Position numbers and translations under genes: made by a program
Notes under the pieces: model-generated
What the model saw: the letters and a program-made list of their open reading frames with translations, nothing else
The model's database searches: none
Told to the model about the DNA's origin: nothing
Shown: piece by piece, positions 50,161 to 63,151 of the stretch
Numbering within the stretch: the first letter of the stretch is position 1
Layout: each line of letters starts with the position of its first letter
Assembly: GCF_006345805.1 (NCBI RefSeq)
Contig: NC_043001.1
Coordinates: forward strand, 28,148,001-28,212,000
Source: Octopus sinensis
Lineage: Eukaryota
Length of the DNA: 64,000 nucleotides
Direction: 5' to 3'

Positions 50161-50654
50161 CTAGCTGGACCCGCGAAAAATTCACGGAAAGCATAAAAAA
50201 CGCAAGCATCTGTAAACAGTGTACTAATTGATTGGCGGTATTTGCCCTGTTCAAAGCTTTAGCAAGGGCAAATTTTTCTTTTCTCTGCTGGTTTTCCTTT
50301 TCCTTTCACGCAGACGGTTCTTTTTTTATTGACTAACGCCTCCACAAAACTTTCTGGTTCTCTGTCTTTGTTCATCATTATTATTATTAAAGACGTGCGA
50401 AATATCTTATAGTTCATAGTTAAATGGACTACTAGTTCTTTAATACGTTTCTTAGGAACGACTGGTCACTTCTCATCGACCTCTGCTGAAGTCTTCGCTG
50501 ATTTCGACGTTCGTTTACGTTGCAAATTGAAATGGTACGAGTTCCGAATCAGTCCATATCACCTGATAAAGTAAGGCGATCGATAAAATAAGTAGACGTT
50601 GTTCAATCGATCCCGTCTCCAAAAGTTTGCTTATCTCATATTATCTATTTGAGA
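50161..50654 (-). mobile_element. Non-autonomous Helitron (3' end clear, 5' end uncertain)
   Basis: Minus strand ends with hairpin CCGTGAA-ttt-TTCGCGG, then gtccagCTAG|T, same layout as 31749-31778. Confidence 0.55.
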
Positions 50655-50848
50655 AATTATTACTCTTTTTCTGTTTAACTGTGTAGTTTTCTTCTAACTC
50701 GCTCATCTTTATTTTCCATTTCCTCTTCCTCGTAACCCATTCTTCCTTTTATCACGAAATATTTATCTCTCTCCCTTCCTCTTTCTCTGTCTCTCTGTCT
50801 CTCTCTTTCCTTATCTATTTCCGCCACACTTTACCTATCTCTCTCTTC

Positions 50849-50936
<88 letters not shown>

Positions 50937-51372
50937 ATATATATAATATATATATATATGTGTGTGTGTGTCTGTCTGTCTGTCTATCTATCTATCTCAG
51001 TCTTTCAACATTACATACACACACACACATCACACATATACTATAATGCTTATCAAAAACTGATAATATAGAATGAAGCAGGGAGACTTCAGTACTTTTA
51101 TAGAATGAATACGTGTATTTATAAAGTACAGAATGGCCTTATTATTCACTATTACCAGTTTAACGACTGAATTACTAATTCTATTAATCACTGGGATTGA
51201 TATTCTGAAATTCAAAGATATTTCAGGCGAAATGCCAATTCGGACTATTTATAAACCGCCATGTTTGAATAATAAAATTTCCTGTCATGCGCCAAAACAT
51301 GACGGTATGTGAAAGCTGATATCTTGATTTTATCATATGGCTTATGAATGGTAGGTTCAATGTGGCAAGACG

Positions 51373-51592
51373 TACGAGAGGATGCTGAAAATTTCCTAGC
51401 TTTAGGTAAAAGAAAATAACGGAGGATCAGTTAATTATGATTTTATTCAACATATTCCCGTCTCAGGTTCACATACCTATTGCAGTGGTCCTTCAATTTT
51501 TCTAAGCCCTGTAAAAGAACTCGGAAGGCTGGACCTCCAGTCAGCCTTTCGTGATATCCATAAAGGCAAAAACTTTTCAGCATCCTCTTGTA
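51373..51592. mobile_element. Tc1/mariner-derived MITE, complete
   Basis: TA-flanked TIRs tacgagaggatgctgaaaa / ttttcagcatcctcttgta. Confidence 0.85.
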
Positions 51593-51946
51593 TATGCTAA
51601 TTTAAAGATTTCACTTTAAAGATCTTCCATTTAGTAAACATCTGAGCACTTGTGCAAATAGGAAATTTTAAATATTCCCCTTTTAAAAAAATAAAAGATG
51701 AAACAGATCCACTACGAATGGCAAAAGAAAAATACTTTATAAGAATACTAAATGCGAAACTAAACCGGAAACAGTCAACACCATTACTAAAAATAAGTTC
51801 TCCAATTCATCTATAGCGCTCTTCTTTCTATAACAGCTTATACGAGTTGGCCCAGAACATTTGTCTGAAAAAGTGAACATACTCACTAACACACCTATGC
51901 AAACTTCTTCCCTAAAGGTTGGCGGCATTCTGTTACCTAAATATAT

Positions 51947-51947
<1 letters not shown>

Positions 51948-51981
<34 letters not shown>

Positions 51982-52127
51982 TTACCGTCCGCTTTCCATG
52001 CTGGCATGGGTTGGACGGTTCAACTGGGGTCTGGGAAGCCAGAAGGCTGCACCAGGCCTAGTCTGATCTGGCAATGCTTCTACGGCTGGATGCCCCTCCT
52101 AACGCCAATGCCCTTCCTAACGCCAAC
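51948..52127 (-). mobile_element. Retroposon family F 3' end with (GAT)n tail
   Basis: RC matches 61390-61526 (ggcgttaggaagg..ccgtccaacccatgccagcatggaaagc.gacg). Confidence 0.75.
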
Positions 52128-52311
52128 TATATATATATAGTTAATAACTCTGAAAAACCTTTCTTTAATTGTTGTGACTTTATTAAGTAATTTTACAAAC
52201 GTTTTTCCTTCCATCAAAGAATTCCATTTTTCCTGAGAGTTTGTTGTTCCCCATCTGCTTCTGTCTCTTGTTTTTGTAAAATTTAAAACCATATGCATAC
52301 ATACACACAAC

Positions 52312-52377
<66 letters not shown>

Positions 52378-52460
52378 ATCATATTAAGAGGAATGGAAAA
52401 AAAAAAATAATAAACATTACATTTACAGTGGTCTAACGTGTCAAATTTAGTCCAAAGGAC

Positions 52461-52714
52461 TATATATAAGTCATACGGTATAGTGTATATTTAAACACAT
52501 GAGGAATCTACTCATAGAAATTCAACATGCTAGAAAGAACAGCTAGGTTCTATAACCACAAAAAGTTAGGGATAAAATTCGACAGGAACGAAATGAAAAA
52601 TAAAAACTTTTACCATCTAGTTTCCTGGACCAATTGTTCTTTCTAGCGTGTTGAATTCCTATGAGTGGGTTCCTTGTGTGTTTAAATAAACACTATATCG
52701 TATGACTTATATAT
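52461..52714. mobile_element. Foldback/MITE-like element, about 80-bp arms
   Basis: ataagtcatacggtatagtgt..gctagaaagaaca vs RC at 52634-52714; TA-flanked. Confidence 0.75.
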
Positions 52715-52845
52715 ATATATATATATAGATATATCTATATATATATATATATATATATATTGTAAAATTAAGTAAAGAACGGATACTTTTATCCCCTAGA
52801 CGGTTATTCCAACCTCTAACTCTACTAACATTTGATATATAGGCT

Positions 52846-52991
<146 letters not shown>

Positions 52992-53092
52992 TATATATAT
53001 ATATACATACATATATATATACATGCATATATATATATATAAATTAAATTAGAGATAAAACCACTATTAGGCAAATATACACATATATATCT

Positions 53093-53137
<45 letters not shown>

Positions 53138-53741
53138 CACAACTGGTATCCAAGCACGGTCCCCTTTCCTTGCTTATCCACAGTCTCTGTGATATCCATT
53201 CCCTCTCTTTTTCTCCATCTATCTTTCTCCTGTTAACTAACATCATTACGTCTTTCTTGCACACCTACGTCCACTTTACCACCTCCCAACACACCTTATG
53301 TTTCTTCCCATTTTACACAACATAGCTAATTATATATTTACTACACCGCCGCCTGCCCTTTCCCATCCACAGCCAATTCTTGTCACATTTTATTCCAAAC
53401 TAAACGCTTCATTCAAAACTTCCCGAAAACTTGCCTTCCACAAACTATTCTGTCATTGCATTTTCCTTTACATATAAACGAAGCGTTTTGTTTTTTTGCT
53501 TCCTCCGTTCTTTTTACTCACTTACAACAACCTTAATTGACCTATCCTTCGATAAACCCCACCTTTTCAATAACCTACCTATCCAGGCAACGTCACTAAT
53601 TAGTTATCAGACGCAAATTATTCATCAAAGACCATGAATAACACTTCATTAGACAGCTCGTTCTATTTTACATTATTTTCTAATATCATGACTGCTTGAC
53701 AGTATATTTACTGAATCCAACGCTGGCAAGTAGTCTGATTT

Positions 53742-53744
<3 letters not shown>

Positions 53745-53773
<29 letters not shown>

Positions 53774-53840
53774 TGTATGTATGTATGTATGTATGTATGT
53801 GTGTATGTATGTATGTATGCATGTGTGTATGTATGTATGA

Positions 53841-53873
<33 letters not shown>

Positions 53874-53944
53874 TGTATGTGTGTATGTGTGTATGTATGT
53901 ATGAATATATGTATGTATGTATGTATGTGTGTATGCATGTATGA

Positions 53945-53977
<33 letters not shown>

Positions 53978-54132
53978 TGTATGTATGTATGTATGTATGC
54001 ATGTATGTATGTATGTATGCGTGTACGTACGTACGTATGTTCGTATGAGTGTATGTATGTAAACACGTACATATGTTGGTATGTATATAAACTCGTATGT
54101 ACGAATGTTGTATGAATTCTGCATTTATATAC

Positions 54133-54228
<96 letters not shown>

Positions 54229-54278
54229 TATATTAATATCTGGATATTAATATGTATGTATATTAATATCTGGATATT

Positions 54279-54332
<54 letters not shown>

Positions 54333-54450
54333 TATATATGTATGTATGTTGTATGTAATGTATGTATGTATGTATGTTTGTATGTATGTATGTATGTATG
54401 TATGTTTGTATGTATGTATGTATGTATGTATGTATGTGTGTGTGTGTATT
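53745..54450. repeat. (TATG)n/(TA)n microsatellite block
   Basis: Directly visible. Confidence 0.95.
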
Positions 54451-54540
54451 TTTAATGCATATATATCTATAATAAACCGATATATAGAAACCTACATAGA
54501 GTTATACGCGCTTACATAGGTTCATATACATGTAGACGCA

Positions 54541-56074
54541 CACGAGATGATGTCAAAAATTATCCGCACTTTTGCCAACACTTTCTGGGTTGGTCACACT
54601 GCTTTCGGTGCTCGCGTGTTAAAAGGCTTATTACCCCCGCCTTAGCGAAAGCGGAGGTATTGTTTTCAGTTGTAATTGTTTTTTTTTTTGTTTGTTTTTT
54701 TTTGTTTGTTGGAGGACAAGATATCTCAAGAACCGCTAGATGCATTCGGACGAAACTTTCAGGGATGTTTGGCCTGGTGACTGGCACGAACTGATTAGAT
54801 TTTGGGATCGATCCGGTGCCGGACAAGTATTCTGGATTATTTTCCCGTTTGTTTTACTTAATTTTTGAGAACGGTCGGTTTCATTTTAGTGTTCTCGTTT
54901 GTGAGAGCAGTCGAGTTTATTTCAGATATTCTCATTTTAAAAATCATCTCCGGCTAATTGGACATTGGTATTGCCTTGGCGGAGGTTTGTGCTCTATGAG
55001 TGCACTTGTCTTTATTGTTACGCAACTGATGTTTGACCTTGATCACTTCAGTTTTCTTTCTTGTGTTACAGTGTAAAGATAACCGCTCCATTCGCAGCGT
55101 GCAGGAAGAAAAGACAACTCTGATCGAATTTCTCTTGTCTGAAGTGTGTCAGAGGTTGGAATTAATCGAGGGCTTTCAGTACAAAAGAGAGGCAGGGTTC
55201 TACTGCATAGAAGCACATGTGTGTATGTGTGACAGAGGGTATCAGGAATTTTTAAAAGGCCAGATACGTGTGAAACACGAAGATGGTGCAGGATTCTCAT
55301 CAACGTCAATAAACAACGTGAAGATTCAACAAGCTGGAGAGACTGTTCTGATGAACCGACGAGTGATCATAGATGAAGTGGCATGTGTTCTGTAAATTAG
55401 TCGTGGTTCTACATACGAAATCATCCAGGACACGCTTCGCTTCCGTAAAGTCTTGCGAGGCGAGCACAAAGAGAGCTTATCGAAGCACATAAGCACAATC
55501 ATATGGAGATATTTCAACACTTATTCGATCGCTACAATGAAGAAAGTGAATTTTGTTTGGGGATAAATAGTCGTAGCAGATGAAATCTGGGTTCATCACT
55601 GAGCCAGAATCCAAAAGGCAGAGTAAGGAGGGGAAACGACTGGAATCGCTAGCGAAAAAGAAATTCAAGACTGAACGTTTCGTAGAAAAAGTGATGCTCA
55701 CCATTTTGGGGAAGGTAAAAGGGCCTACTATACTGGAACAATACCCAGAAAATGGATCTACAATCACTAATATAGGCAACAGTGAAATACAGGGCAACAA
55801 ACTGAATTCACATCAAATGCTGCATCAAATAAATGATTGAAAGAATTCGGTTTCGAATTAGTAGAAAATCTTGCATACCGTTCAAATCTTGCTCTATGCG
55901 GCCATCACATCTTTGGACTGCCCAAGCATCCTTCACGAGGTGGTTGAAGACGAGGAAGTGGTGCATAAATGTCTTTGAGACCTGCCGAAAACCTTCTACT
56001 CCAATGGAATAAGCGAGCTTGTGACCTGCTGGAAGAAGTGCATTGCAAATCAAGGAGACTATGTTGAAAAATGA
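54541..56074 (+). mobile_element. Old mariner transposon remnant
   Basis: TIR-like cacgagatgatgtcaaaaattatccgcact; NRRVIIDEVA, IVVADEIWVHH, KKKFKT..KVMLTI, CIANQGDYVEK* (56074); many stops and frameshifts. Confidence 0.8.
54628..55012 (+). mobile_element. Helentron-type non-autonomous element (HINE/DINE-1-like) nested in the mariner
   Basis: 5' ttattACCCCCGCC with nearby gcggaggt, 3' subterminal GGCGGAGGT (54978-54986), then hairpin GTGCTC-tat-GAGTGC; T-rich flanks, no TSD. Confidence 0.7.
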
Positions 56075-57119
56075 TGTAATTGTTCAACCCCTGTGTTTTC
56101 AATGTATCGAAGCTCTTTATGCGTGGGTGTGCGTAACGTTTTGTTTTAGTTCATATACCTGATAGAGTTATCTCCTTTATGCTGTACATATTTCTAAACT
56201 GTGCAGATCCGCATTCGGATTATGTTTATTTGCAGATATTAATATTTTTTGTTCTAAAGATTGTTTAACATCAATTGAAATTGATTCTTCGATTAGTAGT
56301 GATCTTTTATGACAACCTTGATTTGAACTTTCTTTTTCTGTCTAACCTAACCAATTCGTCCTGCAACCAGCTGAGAATATTATAACTTATTATTAGGACA
56401 ACTATAGTATTTATGCCTATTTTATTTTAAAAAAAAGTTGTAGCTTTAGTTTATGCATTCATCTAATGCGTTTATAGTACTCCTTTCTAAAATTTTCTTT
56501 CATTTGTGTGTTCTGCACTATCGCGTTCATTGTTTTCCAAGCATTTTTAAGCCAGCGGTTACTGTAGATCTCTTATATCAAATTACTTTATCTAGCATGA
56601 TAAACTGTTCTTAATTAATTTTCCTCTCTTCAAGGTTACTATAGCATATTCCTCTAATCCAAATTCTATATCAATTCCCCTCGTAAATCTTTCAACAATA
56701 TGCAGCCGTAATTATAGTTATCAACTGCAGCGTACATAAGAGGGCTCATTTTCCCAACAATTTAATCGAATCTTGCTTCGTTTAGGCGGGCTTTCGAAAT
56801 ATCAGTCACAAATAAAATGGAATTTTTGTGGGGGGTTTTCCGGTATTTTTCGTCGTTGCATAATATCGCACATTCTAAAACATAATTCCCATTGAAAATA
56901 AAGATTTTAAATCCATGTTTTTCTAACTCCTTGACTTCCTTTCTGCATCGTGCCTTCCGAGTAACTGTCACTAACATGTCAGTTAAAGATAGTAGTACGG
57001 GGCAGTACCTACGTTTGCGAACCACTATATGTCTATGTAGTCGCAAGAAGACGTAGACTCACTCTCGACCCCTTCACTCCGCAGAACATCCAGGATGTAA
57101 TAGTCATCGGAAGTGAGGG

Positions 57120-57250
57120 TACATCATCACTCTGATGATACTCGTTACAGCTGAGTAGGCTCGAAGAATGTGAAATGAAGCGCCTTGCTCAAGGACACAA
57201 CGTGCTTCCTGGTCTTGGAATTGAACTCACGAACTTAAGACCACAAGCAC
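57120..57250 (-). mobile_element. SINE family D, degraded
   Basis: cagctgagt..gtgaaatgaag..ttgctcaaggacacaacg as in 4800-4860. Confidence 0.6.
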
Positions 57251-57679
57251 GGACACGATAAAGAGCTGATAAAGGAAGTTTTCCTGTCCGATTTTCCTCG
57301 TTCTCTTCAAGCTCTTCAAGTACCACTTGAAAACGTAGAATACCGACTGTAGTCCTAAGCTTTATATAGCTTCGTCTGCCAATGTTATGAGTTCAAATCC
57401 TGCTGGAGTTAACAGTTTTCTACCTTACTAGTTTTGATATACAGAGTGCAGCTGAAGTTACGCTCTTTTAGCATTTAATAACTTTTATAGTATATAAATG
57501 TTTATTAAGTTTTTATTGAACACAAGTTTATTGCATTACTTAAAGAAACGAATAATAAACTACTAAAAAAAATCACAGAAGTTTTAGAAAAGAAAGGACT
57601 CAATTAGAACATAGAAAACTCAAATACAAAAAGGCATTAACTTCTGCCGCACCTTGTATAATTGTCTGGTAAAAAAGCT

Positions 57680-58040
57680 TATTTTGTAACCACGGGATTT
57701 CGGTTTCAATTCTACTGCGCGGCATCTTGGACAAGTGTCTTCTACTATAGCCGCGGGCCGACAAGACGGAAAGTGTGAGGAAGCCTGTCAAATAATATGT
57801 GTTCGCGGGTGTATGCCTTTGTGTTTATGTTGTGTTTGCATCTTCCCGCACACACATCGTTTGATGACAAATGCTGGTCTATTTACGTCCCTATGACTTA
57901 GCAGTTCGGCAAACGTGATCGATGAAATAATCAACAGATTATAAAAATTATAATAAATATCGAAGTCGATTTGTTCGAATAAAGCCCTTCAAGGCAGTGC
58001 CCCAGCATGGTCACAGTTCAATGACTGAAACAAATAAAAG
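57680..58040 (+). mobile_element. SINE family A relative, degraded
   Basis: ctgcgcggcatcttggacaagtgtcttctactatag..tttacgtccc..cccagcatgg..atgactgaaaca. Confidence 0.7.
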
Positions 58041-58387
58041 ATAAAATGATTTAAAAGATTTTAATATATTGATAAAGGCTGCGGTTGTGTTTCTGCTGCT
58101 CATAATGCTGGATCTAGTTATTTACTCAAGTCCTCCTTCCATTTACACATATTTTGTTTTCCTTGTACCACTGTTACGAAGTCATTCGCTAGCGTCATTT
58201 GTTGTTACAGTCTGTTGTTATTGCTTTTCCAGCTGGTGCTACACATGTAATCGTTTGCTGTATCCAGGACCAGAGCTACACCACTAGACAGTTGCTATGA
58301 CTGATAGCATTGCATTAGAAACGAGAGACTGTTACAAAAGATAAGCTAAACTCATGAAAACAATACACAAATATAAGGAGAGAGGGG

Positions 58388-58797
58388 CATAGGAGTGGCT
58401 GCGTGGTAGGTAGCTTGCTTACCAACCACATGGTTCCAAGTTCAGTCCCACTGCGTGGCACCTTGGGAAAGTATTTTCTACTATTGTCTCGGACCGACCA
58501 AACCCTTGTGAGTGGATTTGGTAGACGGAAACTGAAAGAAGCCCGTCATATATATGTATAAATATATATATGTGTGTGTGTATGTATTATGTGTGTGTAC
58601 CTGTATTTGTCCCCCTAACATCGCTTGACAACCGATGCTGGTATTTTACGTCCCCGTAACTTAGCGGTTCGGCAAAAGGGCCCGATAGAATAAGTACTAG
58701 GCTTACAAAGAATAAGTCCTGGGTTCGATTTGCTCGACTAAAGGCGGTGCTCCAGCATGGCCGCAATCAAATGAGTGAAACAAGTAAAAGAATGAAA
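58388..58797 (+). mobile_element. SINE family A, full length
   Basis: Colinear with RC of 7301-7701. Confidence 0.9.
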
Positions 58798-58937
58798 AAA
58801 AGAATACATATATATGAATATATATATATATTTATATATATGTATACATGTATATGCGTGTGTGGTATATCATATATATAATATAGTATTATATATATAA
58901 TATATATCTATACATATATACATATTTATATATATAT

Positions 58938-60062
58938 TTTTTTTTTTTTTATATCTGTCCCTTTTGCTGTCCTGGTGTTCGTATGCATTCGATCCTTCTT
59001 CTAGGAAATCTACGCTTCCAGCTTAGTTTTTCTAATGCTCGTTGCTTAGTTTTTTTCTTGGAGGCTGGCCGTGATCTAGTAATCTCAAGATTAATCAGCC
59101 GAAATTACTACGATGATCCGGTTCTTGACTGAAGACTGAGGTTTCGAGTGTCCTGTCCGTGTTTATTTGTCGTCTTCTAAGAGTTATACGTTCTTGTCCA
59201 TGTTGTATTTTTCTACATACCTTAACATATATTCCAGGCGCCCCGTACCCCCTTATCATTATGTGAGCACATATTCTTAATAATTGGTACACTCTCGTTT
59301 GTCTCTCTCTCTCTCTCATTTTTACTTGATCTGTCCCCCTCTCTGTCTTTCTCTCTACTCATCCTCTTTTTCTCTTCTCTTTCCTCTGATTCTTTGGTCT
59401 AGTCTTCCACTACCCTCCTATTTCTTTGTCTCGCTCTGCACTCACAGGTCATTCTTCGACACCCATCCCTTCTCCTCTCTGATTCCTTCTTTTCTCTCTC
59501 TTCTCTCTCTTGTTGCGTTTGTCCCTCCTCTCTCTCTCTCTTCCTTTGCTTCTCTTTCTTTTCTTTTCCCTCTTCTCTGTCACGTGACTGTTGGCCGAAA
59601 TCTGCCTTTCAGCTCCTGACCCTCGTCGTGTTAACATCGTTGTTTGTCGTCCGCCGCTATAAAGCTTCTTCCAATGCGCCAGAGAAAAAATTTGTTTGCT
59701 TGTTATCAGTCGTAAGACACTTGTTGTTTTCACCGTTAAGCTTCTGTATTTCATGTTTCTGTATTCCATTATTGTTTTTTTTTTTTTTTATATCTGTCCC
59801 TTTTGCTGTCCTGGTGTTCGTATGCATTCGATCCTTCTTCCAGAAATCTACGCTTCCAGCTTAGTTTTTCTAATGCTCGTTGCTTAGTTTTTCTTGGAGG
59901 GCTGGCCGTGATCTAGTAATCTCAAGATTAATCATCCGAAATTACTACGATGATCCGGTTCTTGACTGAAGACTGAGGGTTTCGAGTGTCCTGTCCGTGT
60001 TTATTGTGTCGTCTTCTAAGAGTTATACGTCTTGTCCATGTTGTATTTTTCTACATACCTTA

Positions 60063-60063
<1 letters not shown>
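58938..60063 (+). repeat. About 290-bp direct repeats (58938-59224, 59776-60063) flanking a 550-bp body
   Basis: Copies nearly identical, differing mostly by homopolymer indels; diverged relative at 49660-49990. Confidence 0.9.
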
Positions 60064-60096
<33 letters not shown>

Positions 60097-60387
60097 TATT
60101 TATAATATATATATATATATATATATATAATATAATATATATACATTACATATGTGTATGTGTATGTGTATAATTAAGAAGAAACAGTAAAAGGTTGTCA
60201 TTATAGTAGTCGGAGTTTCGAATGTATGCGGGAGTACGAATATATGTCTGTACATATATAAGTGCATTTATACGTATAAATGGTTAAATATATATATATA
60301 TATATTATATTATGTGTATGTATGAAACCACATGTGAATCGTTGGCGATTTTCTTGATCCGTCTTCCCTTCTATTGGACTTTCTTCT

Positions 60388-60423
60388 GTTTCCGAAGACG
60401 AGCGTCTGCTCGAAACGTTAAAC
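60388..60423 (+). ncRNA. Hammerhead motif, U4C change
   Basis: GTTT-CCGAAGA-C-GAGC(GTCT)GCTC-GAAAC-GTT|AAAC; flanks homologous to 18170-18300. Confidence 0.65.
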
Positions 60424-60754
60424 CATCTTTCCTTTCCTGATCGTCTGCTAATACATTACATGTACCACGTCCACGCGTTGTTGCTTTCATGTTTTATGTT
60501 TAGGATGAGGGAGAGTGTAAAGTAGACGTAGGATAAAACAGCTAAAATTAGGCAAGACAGTAATTTATTCTCAAATGTTATGAATTGAAGAAGAAAATAA
60601 AAATGACCGAAAATACAAGACAGTATTGTAATAAAAGGTAACGTCGTTAGGCTGTTATCTAAATGGCTGTTATAGAAAGAAGATAGCTATAGATGAATTG
60701 GAGAAGAGCTATGGTTTGGTGGGTTCATTAGTCCCTATGTCAGTACTGACTAAA

Positions 60755-61015
60755 CAAACCTACGATCAATTAGATTTTGGTGGCAGTTGCAGGACATATA
60801 TCTTTAAGTCGTCTTAGGTCATCTTTAAGACTGCTACTTCTTCAGCTGCTCGATTTTGCACGGCTAGCAATACTGGAGCATCATTCCCTAATGTAATAAT
60901 CATCTCAGCACAATTGTCCTTGCGCAACATCCTTTTTCTGCATGTGTTTGATAACACTATGATACCAAATTTTGTCCATATTCAAGAGAAGTCGCTAATG
61001 GTTACTTCTGAAGTC
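60755..61015 (-). mobile_element. Mariner transposase 5' fragment
   Basis: ATG at 60979: MDKIWYHSVIKHMQKKDVAQ..LGNDAPVL..AAE..SLKDD..PATATK (frameshifted HTH region). Confidence 0.7.
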
Positions 61016-61139
61016 TTCTTTGTATAATAAGATGCTAGTTTATCTGAAAAGAAATAATGCGGTATTAATAAGTGTTGAAATTAATGTACGAAAGATTTCA
61101 GAGCTCAAGCATCACTCCTTCATAGTCTACCTCGACACT

Positions 61140-61526
61140 GTGCCGGTGACACGTAAAAAAAGCACCATTCGAGCGTGGTCGATACCAGTGCCGCTGGACT
61201 GGCTCGCTCCCGTGCCGGTGGCACGTAAAAAGCACCATTCGAGTGTGATCGATGCCAGTGCCGCCGGACTGGCTCCCATGCTGGTGGCACGTAAAAAATC
61301 ACCATATGAGCATGGTCTATGCTAGTGCTGCCTGACTGGTTCCCGTGCCGGTAGCACGTAAAAAGCACCCACTCCACTCTCGGAGTGGATGGCGTTAGGA
61401 AGGTCATCTAGCTGTAGAAACCTTGCCAGATCAGATTGGAGCGCGGCACAGGCTCCTGACTTGCCAGTCCTCAGTCAAACCGTCCAATCCATGTCAGCAT
61501 GGAAAGCAGACGTTAAACGATGATGA
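61140..61526 (+). mobile_element. Retroposon family F with about 3.4 internal 66-72-bp tandem units
   Basis: Units start gtgccggtggcacgtaaaaagcacc at 61140, 61212, 61278 and 61345; 3' end shared with 51948-52127. Confidence 0.8.
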
Positions 61527-61800
61527 AATGTGTCTTTTGTTTTCTAAAAGTATAGAGAAGTGTTTTTCGTTTTCTGGCATTTAGCAGCTAATTCTAGAAA
61601 TTTTAGTGTCGATATAAATGCTTCTTTGTTGGCTTGGGTGTGTAGGATTGAGACAATCGGAGACTGAATTAAGGAGCTAAATAGTAAGAGGAAGAGTAAA
61701 CGTGAGAGAGAAGCGAGAAGTGTAAGACTCAAGACAGAGAGCAAAAGAGAAGGGGTGTCAATACATAAGATATATGCATTCGTATATATATTAAGATAGA

Positions 61801-62190
61801 AGGCGGCGAGCTGACAGAAACTTTAGCGCGCTGGGCAAAATGCTTAGCGGTATTTCGTCTGCCGTTACGTTTCTGAGTTCAAATTCCGCCGAGGTCGACT
61901 TTGCCGTTCATTCTTTCGAGGCCGATAAATAAAGTACCAGTTACGCACTGGGGTCGATGTAATCGACTTAATACCTATGTCTGTCCTTGTTTGTCCGCTC
62001 TGTGTTTTGCCCCTTGTGGGTAATAAAGAAATAGGTATCTCGTCTGCCGTTACGTTTCTGAGTTCAAATTCCGCCGAGGTCGACTTTGCCTTTCATCCTT
62101 TCGAGGCCGATAAATAAAGTACCAGTTACGCACTGGGGTCGATGTAATCGACTTAATCACTTTGTTTAGCTCCTTGTGGGCAATAAAGAA
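61801..62190 (+). mobile_element. SINE family B dimer (one head, two bodies)
   Basis: Junction gaaataggtatctcgtctgcc at about 62028-62048, same as in 33058-33812. Confidence 0.9.
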
Positions 62191-62475
62191 ATATATATAT
62201 TAAGATAGACAGAGTACACACAAGAAAGCCGAAAGAGATTTTTGACAGATAGACGAACAAATGATAGCTATATAGACAGATAGATAGACAGATAGATAGG
62301 TAAGTATATATGTATGTATGTATCTAGGTAGGTAGGTAGATGTTACTTCAGCAAAGATGGCTTCCGGAATTGCTGAAGCTTTGTATAAGAAGCCTGACGG
62401 CATTTATCCCGCCTGTTTGCGTTCTGAGATTTGGGGTGCTTCCTCACTCCGTTTCCTGCTTTAATAGTCTTTCAG

Positions 62476-62539
62476 ATCAGGGTTTTATGTTTTGGGCAAA
62501 AACTTATCGACATGAGCAACGTTCTCTCGACCCTAAGAG
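62476..62539 (+). other. Candidate 64-bp exon
   Basis: ctttaatagtctttcag acceptor and AG|gtaaat donor; two frames open (QGFMFWAKTYRHEQRSLDPK or IRVLCFGQKLIDMSNVLSTLR); no homology recognised. Confidence 0.2.
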
Positions 62540-62559
62540 GTAAATTAATACAGCTAGAT

Positions 62560-62646
62560 AGACAAACGGACAGACAGACAAACAGACAGACTGGCGATCA
62601 GACAGAGTGGCGATCAGACAGACATAGATAGATAGATATATTATAT

Positions 62647-62690
<44 letters not shown>

Positions 62691-62882
62691 CTGACAGGTA
62701 GACAGACAGATAGACAGACAGACAGACAGATAGATAGATACATACATACATACATACACACATACATATATACATACATACATACATACATACATACACA
62801 CACACATACATACATACATACATACATACATACATACATACATAAATACATGCATGCATATATACATACATACATACATACA

Positions 62883-62916
<34 letters not shown>

Positions 62917-63077
62917 CATACATACATAGATAGGCAGGCAGCTACACAGGGAGACAGACAAGCAAGAAAGCAGAGAGGGCGAGATAAAGAGAGAGAGACA
63001 GACAGAGAGATAGAGATAGCCAGACAGATAGACAGACAGATAGATATATAGATAGACAGATAGATAGACAGACAGAC

Positions 63078-63150
<73 letters not shown>
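62560..63150. repeat. (GATA)n/(GACA)n/(TACA)n microsatellite block
   Basis: Directly visible. Confidence 0.95.

Positions 63151-63151
<1 letters not shown>

Noticed and set aside
61140-61370. CRISPR-like repeat array
   Set aside because: Inter-repeat segments are homologous, not unique spacers; eukaryotic retroposon context.
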